The notes beneath the pieces were generated by a model, which was not told the origin of the DNA, searched no databases, and saw only the letters and a list, made by a program, of their open reading frames with translations. A program made the position numbers and the translations under genes. This document shows positions 55,395 to 61,446 of a stretch of 61,446 nt of DNA, one piece after another. Position 1 is the stretch's first letter, and every line of letters begins with the position of its first letter. This DNA comes from a virus (Duplodnaviria; Caudoviricetes), in the IMG/VR virus record IMGVR_UViG_3300011335_000402, positions 1-61,446 of that record. The stretch is one strand, 5' to 3'.

Positions 55395-57293
55395 CTATAC
55401 GCCGTTAGCACTAATTTGCGTAGGTGTGAAGTCCGAGCTAGTCGCGGCGGGAATGGGGGCGAAATTGCTGTTGGCTGATGCCGCCATAGGCGTCCAATCT
55501 GGCGGAATAGGGGGCGCTCCGGGTACGAAACCAGAGCTACTTGCCGACCCATCCGGGGTCCAGTTGGGCACCGGTTGCCCCTGACGCACAAGGGTCGGAA
55601 AGAATATATCCCCAGCAACCGGTGGCGGTGGCACCAACACATAGGCAACATCAGCGGTGTAGAAGGTGTTGATGTTGTCGAATAGCTCAGGAAACAGGGT
55701 CCTGCTCTGAGCCACCGTGGCGGAATAGAAGATGTTCTCGTTGTCGAACCGAGCAGGTGTAAGCGTGACCGTGCCGGGAGTGACCGTGGCAGCGAAGAAG
55801 CTGTTGGGGTTAGTGTACAGAGCCGGGGTGAGCGTGATCGTGCCACGAGTGACCGTCGCAGAATAGAAGGTGTTCGAGTTATCGAACCGCGCAGGGGTGA
55901 GGGTCTGCGTCCCCCCTTCCTGTGTCACCGTGGCGGAATAGAAGGCGTTCGAGTTGTCGAACCGAGCAGGGGTGAGTGTCACCGCGCCGGGGGTGACCGT
56001 GGCGGCATAGAAGGTGTTCGAGTTGTCGAACCGAGCGGGGGTGAGTGTGACCGTGCCGCGAACGACCGTCGCAGAATAGAAGGTGTTCGAGTTATCGAAT
56101 CGGGCAGGGGTCAGCGTCACCGTGCCGGGAGTGACTGTCGCGGTAAAGAAGCTGTTGGAGTTGGTGTACAGGGCAGGGGTGAGCGTCACCGTGCCACGGG
56201 TGACCGTGGCGGCGTAGAACGTATTCGAGTTATCGAACCGAGCAGGGGTGAGCGTCACCGCGCCGGGGGTGACCGTGGCGGCGAAGAAGCTGTTGGGGTT
56301 GGTGTACAGAGCCGGGGTGAGGGTCTGTCCGCCCCCTTCCTGTGTCACCGTCGCAGCAAAGAAGCTGTTGGGGTTGGTGTACAGGGCGGGTGTGAGTGTG
56401 TTGGTAGCCGCCACCGTCGCGGCGAAGAAGTTGTTCGTGTTGTCAAAGCGCGCCGGGGTCAGCGTCACCGTGCCACGGGTGACCGTCGCAGCGAAGAAGT
56501 TGTTCGTATTGTTGAATCGAGCGGGGACAAGGGTCTGGTTACCCGTGGGCACTTCGCGCAGGCGCACAAGAGCTATAGGCCCGCGCACGTTGGTCACCGT
56601 GCCGGTGGCGGTGGTGTTCACCGTTGGCGAGACCGAACTCGCCCCTGCTGTTACGGAAGCATAGGCACTGTAGCCCCCGATGTCGTTGCCGTTCGAGCTA
56701 TCGGGTTCGTTGATCTCGGTCGCAGCGCCTATGGTGGCCCCGGTTGAGGTCAGACTCCTCGCGCTAAACTGCGAAGGCGTGGTGACGTCAGTCGGGATAC
56801 ACATCGCCCAGATGGCGAGGTCCCCGTTCTGCAACGCTGGCCCCGGAGTTCCGTCAGCCAGAGCAACAGCGAACGATACCCCGGCAGTGGGGGCGGTAGC
56901 CTGCTGCCCGCTGGCAAAACCGTAGGATATTGTGACGTCTAGGCCGATGGGTACTCGGGTAATGAACCCCCACGACACGTCGTTCTGGCCAACAGTGACC
57001 GCGAGGTTACCTGTCTCACCGCCAGTTGTGTTTTTTCTGTAGATGAAGAGGTTGGTATCGCCAGTGTCGGCGGTGGGTAGCGCGTCGTAGCCACCCGCCC
57101 CGATTATACTGCCAATAAGCGTCCATCCGGTGGGGGTCGTGACCGTACCACCGTTGATCGCAGAACCCTTCTGCCCGACAAACAGAAGGACGGGTTGCCC
57201 AGCGGTAATCCCCGCCGGATATGGCACGGATATGGAAGTACCTGACGCAGCGGAATATGCTGCTGCGCCACTAACCGGCGTTCCAAAAGCCAT
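55395..57293 (-). CDS. Repeat-containing fibre/adhesin-like virion protein
   Basis: N-terminal beta domain followed by 13 ~23-aa repeats TLTPA(RF/LY)xNxNxF(Y/F)xATVT. Confidence 0.7.
   Translation of the reverse strand: MAFGTPVSGAAAYSAASGTSISVPYPAGITAGQPVLLFVGQKGSAINGGTVTTPTGWTLIGSIIGAGGYDALPTADTGDTNLFIYRKNTTGGETGNLAVTVGQNDVSWGFITRVPIGLDVTISYGFASGQQATAPTAGVSFAVALADGTPGPALQNGDLAIWAMCIPTDVTTPSQFSARSLTSTGATIGAATEINEPDSSNGNDIGGYSAYASVTAGASSVSPTVNTTATGTVTNVRGPIALVRLREVPTGNQTLVPARFNNTNNFFAATVTRGTVTLTPARFDNTNNFFAATVAATNTLTPALYTNPNSFFAATVTQEGGGQTLTPALYTNPNSFFAATVTPGAVTLTPARFDNSNTFYAATVTRGTVTLTPALYTNSNSFFTATVTPGTVTLTPARFDNSNTFYSATVVRGTVTLTPARFDNSNTFYAATVTPGAVTLTPARFDNSNAFYSATVTQEGGTQTLTPARFDNSNTFYSATVTRGTITLTPALYTNPNSFFAATVTPGTVTLTPARFDNENIFYSATVAQSRTLFPELFDNINTFYTADVAYVLVPPPPVAGDIFFPTLVRQGQPVPNWTPDGSASSSGFVPGAPPIPPDWTPMAASANSNFAPIPAATSSDFTPTQISANGV
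55644..56537. repeat. Coding tandem repeat, ~69 bp x13
   Basis: Repeats visible at DNA and protein level. Confidence 0.9.
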
Positions 57294-57309
57294 CTAGGCC
57301 CCCTATGGG

Positions 57310-57714
57310 CTAGAGGGCAAAGATACCGGACGCGTTCCACGTAATGGCAATGTTACCGCCGTTCGGTGTCACTGGAAGCCCGGTAACGCCCGTGTCGATA
57401 AACGCCACAAGCGGCGACGTACCGGCAGTGCCGGTGTCGATATAGATGATGAGTGCCTCAGCAGAGTTGCCGGTCACCGCTGTGAATGTCACGTCCGCGC
57501 CGTCGAACACCCCGTTGGTAAAGGTCTTGGTGCCGATCACCTGAGGCGTCCCAACAACCGACCCCGAGGCCGACGACCAGAACTGGTGCGCCGCGCTGTA
57601 CGTGTAGGTGCCGGTGTCGATCAGAGCGACGTTCACGGTGCCCGTGGACATGTTGTTGTTGGCAGTGAAGCTGAAAAGCTGCTGCTTCCAGAGGGGGTAC
57701 AGTGCGTTTGGCAT
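57310..57714 (-). CDS. Virion structural protein
   Basis: GVFDGADVTF...GLPVTPNGGNI..W...GIF. Confidence 0.7.
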   Translation of the reverse strand: MPNALYPLWKQQLFSFTANNNMSTGTVNVALIDTGTYTYSAAHQFWSSASGSVVGTPQVIGTKTFTNGVFDGADVTFTAVTGNSAEALIIYIDTGTAGTSPLVAFIDTGVTGLPVTPNGGNIAITWNASGIFAL

Positions 57715-57731
57715 CCTTGGCTCCTACATGC

Positions 57732-58127
57732 TTACCTGAATTTTGCCGTCTTCTTGGCGATGCGCTGGGGCTGCTTCACGAACTGCTTACCCTGTCGTGT
57801 GCCTTCGCGCTTGGCCTTCGTGGTAGCAGCATACTCCGAAGCCGAGAGAGATTCACGTGCTTTCTTCGGCAGGTACCGCTCGCCGGTCGCCTTAGGTCCT
57901 TGGGTGGAGGGTTTGCCCGACCGGGTACCCCAGTCCTCCTTGGTCCACTTCGACAGTGATTTCTGCGCCTCGGTCTTCTCGCCACGGTATCCACCGCCCG
58001 ACTTCTTGTACTTCTGAGAGGCAAGCTGCGCCTTGCGCGCGGACCACTGACCGGGCTTCCCGCCCTTGTCGCTGGCCTTCACACTGGCGACGATCCGCTT
58101 CCACTTACCCTCATCAGTACGTGCCAT
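57732..58127 (-). CDS. Basic virion-module protein
   Basis: GQWSARKAQ, WTKEDWGT, ERYLPK. Confidence 0.75.
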   Translation of the reverse strand: MARTDEGKWKRIVASVKASDKGGKPGQWSARKAQLASQKYKKSGGGYRGEKTEAQKSLSKWTKEDWGTRSGKPSTQGPKATGERYLPKKARESLSASEYAATTKAKREGTRQGKQFVKQPQRIAKKTAKFR

Positions 58128-58261
58128 CAGGTCAATTCCTTGGGCAGGCGGTTGGGCTTAAACTGCTTGAGCGGCGGACCCAGACGGGGCTTGCCGGGTT
58201 TCTTCGGCGGACGCGCGGACGCGCGGACCTTGGGGGTCTTCACGGCGCGCGACTTAGCCAC
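58127..58261 (-). CDS. Small Lys/Arg/Pro-rich peptide
   Basis: GTG start fills the gap between two basic genes. Confidence 0.45.
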   Translation of the reverse strand: MAKSRAVKTPKVRASARPPKKPGKPRLGPPLKQFKPNRLPKELT

Positions 58262-58262
58262 A

Positions 58263-58550
58263 TCATTTCTTCCGCATCTTGGAGAGCAACTGAGCAAACC
58301 GTGCCCGCTGGCCGAGTTTCCCCGGCTTCTTGGCGGCGGTGGCCAACTCCTTAGCCGGGATGGTCTCACCCTTCTTAACACCCATCTGCTTACGCAGGGC
58401 ACCGGGCTTCTTGATTGCTTTTTGGATGAAGTTGGTGCTGCCACCCTTGGCGTAGACGGTCACCTCGTCGGGGTTGTCCTTCCGGCGAACCATCTTACCC
58501 TTGGGCATCTTTGAGGCCCGCATATCACCCATACCACGGCTCGGTCGCAT
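58263..58550 (-). CDS. Small basic protein
   Basis: MRPSRGMG, YAKGG, IKKPGAL, RARFA; AGGAGG RBS. Confidence 0.75.
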   Translation of the reverse strand: MRPSRGMGDMRASKMPKGKMVRRKDNPDEVTVYAKGGSTNFIQKAIKKPGALRKQMGVKKGETIPAKELATAAKKPGKLGQRARFAQLLSKMRKK

Positions 58551-58559
58551 ATAGTCCTC

Positions 58560-58847
58560 CTATGCCCAGACGCGGAACGGCAGGGTTGGCGCTGGGAGTG
58601 TGAACGGGGCCAGCATGTCGATCTGATCTTCGGTCAGTTCGTACGACCGAATGTTGACATGCCAGTCCGGGTAGTTGGTCTCGACCGGTGGCGTGACGCT
58701 GTAGTCGATGCGGGTGAACGGGCCAATGGTATCGACGCTGACACCCACTGCCGGGTAGAGTTCGCCATCAATGTCGACGAGCACGCCAGCAGTGGTCAGG
58801 GCGGTGTCCATCTCCGCTTTGGTGGTCGCCTTGAGGTAGAGGTCCAT
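58560..58847 (-). CDS. Putative fibre assembly/accessory protein
   Basis: MDLYLK...WHVNIR...PFRVWA directly after the fibre gene. Confidence 0.6.
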   Translation of the reverse strand: MDLYLKATTKAEMDTALTTAGVLVDIDGELYPAVGVSVDTIGPFTRIDYSVTPPVETNYPDWHVNIRSYELTEDQIDMLAPFTLPAPTLPFRVWA

Positions 58848-58857
58848 ATGTGTCTCC

Positions 58858-60591
58858 TTAGGCCGTCAGGGCTTGCAGCGCCGTGTTCGACAGGCGGATC
58901 GGGTAGTAGCGGATCGACCGGATATGGCCGTTCAGGAACAAGCCCCCATACGGAGCACTCCAACCGGCGTTGAGGGTGTTCACACCAACAGGAATCGCGC
59001 CAGCCGAGTCGATAGCAGGCGCAGCGCCGTTGAGGGTAGCGGCGAAACCATTAGCCAGATAGGCCGAAGCATGTTTCGAAACCGCACCGACAGTGACCGC
59101 GCCCGTGTTCAGGTTGGCCGATGTCACCCCACCTGAAATGACGTTGACGAAAGATGTCCCCCCGGAGTTAACGAACGGGAGCAGGATGTTGTTAGCTGTG
59201 TTGTCGCTCAACATCGCAAGCGTTTCGGAGACGGTATTAATTCCGAGCACAGAGAACTCGACGAAGAGCGTACCTTCGGGCTGGTTGTACCACGAGGCAA
59301 AGTTCGGCGCGCTGATTGTCGTTTGGTCCGACGTCCGCGTCACCTGACTGGCAACCGTGGGGATGTAGCTGGATGCGAATGGCAAAACTTCATGCTGCGC
59401 GCCCCAGACAAACCAAGTTCGGTTAGTGCCGGTGAAAGAAGGCGTGGGCGCTGCGGTATCGGCGTCCAGCGGTACAAGCTGAAAATTCCCGGCGGCGGTC
59501 GCGGCAGTCGTCGCCGTCAGGATGCAACGATACCATCCGTTGCCCATAGGTACGATTGACGACGTAGCCGACGCTTGCTTGTTGCCGACAACGCCGGTTG
59601 AGACGTTGAAATTGGCGTAAAAGGATGTGGTTCCGTCGAACATCAAAAGCTGAAACCAAGTGCCGGTACCAGCTTTAACATAACATGAAACTGTTTGCGC
59701 GGCGGCGGTCATGGTGAGGCTGGTGCGGAACACGCGGTGCAGCCCGGTGGTAACGCCATCATCAAACGTATCGGCGGTCGTCGCGCCGTCCGGCGACACA
59801 GATGTGTTGGCAGTGACGGTGACGCCAGAAGCCGTCCAGTACGCGTTATCGAACTCCTCACTGCGTAGCAGCAAATTCGTCGACTGCTGCTCAACCAGCA
59901 GGCCGCGCGGGAGCAACGTCACCGGGTTGTAGTCAAGCCGGGGCGGGAACACACCGCCGAAGTTGCGGGCGTACGAAGTGGGTGCAGCGGCGATCTCCGC
60001 CTGCGCGCCCCACAGGAAAAAGGTCTCGGTGCCTGCCGGGGTCCACGACTCGTTGTACACAGCGGAAGCTGACGATACGACATTGAAACGAATGGTAGAC
60101 GCTGCTGCGGGGGTAAACGTCATGCTGCACCGATACCAGCCGTCACCGACTGGAGTAATGGTGCTCGTCGGGACACCCACGCCTTTCGTACCAACGACGC
60201 CAGTCGTCAGGTTAAAATTGGCGAAATAGTCCGGGTTTGAAGCATGGAGGATTTGCATGAACCCATGGGTTCCAGCCTTGGCGTAGATCGAAGCCGTCCA
60301 TTGCGTCGCACCCGCAAGGTTCGTCGCGGCGACAAAAACCGTGTGGATACTAGCGGCGGCGACCGCTGTGACCGTGTCAGCCGTCGATGTGCTATCCGGC
60401 GCAACAGTGCTGTTCGCGGTGATCGTCACAGACGTCTTGGTCCACGCAGCGTTGTCCAACTCCTGCGTGAAGGTCAGGACGTTCTTCGAAGCCGGGGTAA
60501 CCTGCACAAGGCCATTGCTACCAACGAACGTCGCCGCGCTGGTGCGCGTGAAGTTGAACAACTGGTCAAAGGTTCGACTGACTAGGGGCAT
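58858..60591 (-). CDS. Head/tail fibre with duplicated carbohydrate-binding-like domain
   Basis: FTRTS.AT, GLLVE..TNLL, GWYRC and WGAQ.E each twice, SYIPT, LamG-like C-terminus. Confidence 0.75.
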   Translation of the reverse strand: MPLVSRTFDQLFNFTRTSAATFVGSNGLVQVTPASKNVLTFTQELDNAAWTKTSVTITANSTVAPDSTSTADTVTAVAAASIHTVFVAATNLAGATQWTASIYAKAGTHGFMQILHASNPDYFANFNLTTGVVGTKGVGVPTSTITPVGDGWYRCSMTFTPAAASTIRFNVVSSASAVYNESWTPAGTETFFLWGAQAEIAAAPTSYARNFGGVFPPRLDYNPVTLLPRGLLVEQQSTNLLLRSEEFDNAYWTASGVTVTANTSVSPDGATTADTFDDGVTTGLHRVFRTSLTMTAAAQTVSCYVKAGTGTWFQLLMFDGTTSFYANFNVSTGVVGNKQASATSSIVPMGNGWYRCILTATTAATAAGNFQLVPLDADTAAPTPSFTGTNRTWFVWGAQHEVLPFASSYIPTVASQVTRTSDQTTISAPNFASWYNQPEGTLFVEFSVLGINTVSETLAMLSDNTANNILLPFVNSGGTSFVNVISGGVTSANLNTGAVTVGAVSKHASAYLANGFAATLNGAAPAIDSAGAIPVGVNTLNAGWSAPYGGLFLNGHIRSIRYYPIRLSNTALQALTA

Positions 60592-60594
60592 TGG

Positions 60595-60879
60595 TTAAAT
60601 CCAGACCTGAATATCGACGAAGTCGTTCGGGAACACCGGGTCGCGAACGGTCGTGGCGTAACTGCCGGTGGTGAAGTCGGTAATGAGTGAAGGGCTGGCG
60701 GAAGTGCTGGACAGCACAAAATCGACGATCAGGGTTGGCGAGCCGTCTGTCGGCAGCCCGCCCCCTGTACCGAAATTTGCCAACAGACCGGGCGAGCCGG
60801 ACCACAGCCCGGACACGTTGCGATAAAGCCCCGTGCCGAGCGCCAGCCCGGATACCCCGCTGTACAGCCCCACCGACAT
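60595..60879 (-). CDS. Hypothetical virion-module protein
   Basis: 94-aa coupled ORF with GLY/GLW repeats. Confidence 0.6.
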   Translation of the reverse strand: MSVGLYSGVSGLALGTGLYRNVSGLWSGSPGLLANFGTGGGLPTDGSPTLIVDFVLSSTSASPSLITDFTTGSYATTVRDPVFPNDFVDIQVWI

Positions 60880-61208
60880 TACGGATGGAGACCCACTTGC
60901 AGCGCGGTTAAGGTAACACTGCCGTTACCCGCCGTCTGTCGCACGCGAAGAGCGACCGGGTTGTAGGCGTAGTTCCCCTGCCGGTTGACCGTCTGGGCCA
61001 CCATGTTGACGTCTGGGTGGTCAAACCAAGTCGGAGTGACCCCAGCCTCAAGCGGGTTATCGAGCGTCTGCTGGACCGTGTACGTGGCCGTACCGGTGAC
61101 CACCACTTGGAGGGCAACACCGAACTGGCCGTAATAGTCGAGCACAGCGGGGTTCGAGTTCTTCGCGCCCCCGCTTGCGTCCGACACACTCACCTGAATT
61201 GGGCGCAT
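60879..61208 (-). CDS. Virion structural protein (beta-sandwich)
   Basis: TYTVQQTLD...WFDH...ALRV. Confidence 0.65.
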   Translation of the reverse strand: MRPIQVSVSDASGGAKNSNPAVLDYYGQFGVALQVVVTGTATYTVQQTLDNPLEAGVTPTWFDHPDVNMVAQTVNRQGNYAYNPVALRVRQTAGNGSVTLTALQVGLHP

Positions 61209-61209
61209 G

Positions 61210-61446
61210 TCACTTACCCTTCTTCATCCCACAAGAGCCGCCACGAGCCATCGTGACCATCTTGCCCTTGGTCTTGCCCTTCTTGGCGCAACCATCAATC
61301 GAGCCACCCTTGGCGTAACGGACCTGTGCAGGTCCGCCGGTCGGGGCAACTGGGGCCATCCTACCCATACGGTTCATCATAACCTGTCCTCCTTCTGCAC
61401 GTGAGACCGTCCGTTTATCGGCTGTCTCGAACTCTTTACCTACCCG
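61210..61446 (-). CDS. Small basic protein (probably partial at window end)
   Basis: Open frame RVGKEFETADK...YAKGGSIDGCAKKGKTKGK...MARGG; alternative start ATG 61380. Confidence 0.65.
   Translation of the reverse strand, partial: RVGKEFETADKRTVSRAEGGQVMMNRMGRMAPVAPTGGPAQVRYAKGGSIDGCAKKGKTKGKMVTMARGGSCGMKKGK

Noticed and set aside
61434-61446. Truncated 13th palindrome copy (TTTACCTACCCG)
   Set aside because: Partial and mismatched, and lies within an open coding frame (RVGKE)
1-61446. Integrase, tRNA genes, reverse transcriptase/DGR
   Set aside because: No supporting motifs or cloverleaf found by eye; tRNAscan and HMM searches would be needed to exclude them, and a small part of the genome is outside the window

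Overview
Near-complete (~61 kb, both ends inside genes of the same late module) genome of a GC-rich tailed dsDNA phage with podovirus-type architecture. The host is not determinable; Proteobacteria is a guess. Minus strand (35.9-61.4 kb and 1-10.3 kb): morphogenesis and lysis genes (TerS/TerL, portal, GroES, scaffold, major capsid, glycosyltransferase, tail/adaptor/fibre proteins, ejection proteins including a 2376-aa polyvalent protein, endolysin and holin). Plus strand (10.8-35.8 kb): early genes and replication (MoxR AAA+/VWA module, PolA with Leu762, PD-(D/E)XK nuclease, SNF2 helicase, primase-helicase). No integrase, tRNA or cas gene was recognised. The most notable signals: (1) an unannotated ~70-nt candidate sRNA at 35.78-35.86 kb with its own promoter and terminator, antisense to an extended AGGAGCAA ribosome-binding motif shared by about 14 plus-strand genes and not seen at the late-gene starts inspected; (2) twelve copies of a 22-bp palindrome confined to 10.6-22.3 kb; (3) three tandem leader+Gly/Asp-repeat peptides; (4) a hidden 58-aa DfrB/R67-like ORF; (5) a double-pseudoknot candidate RNA after the capsid terminator; (6) an iteron-like array and ori region. 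All family assignments come from motif recognition by eye, not from database searches.
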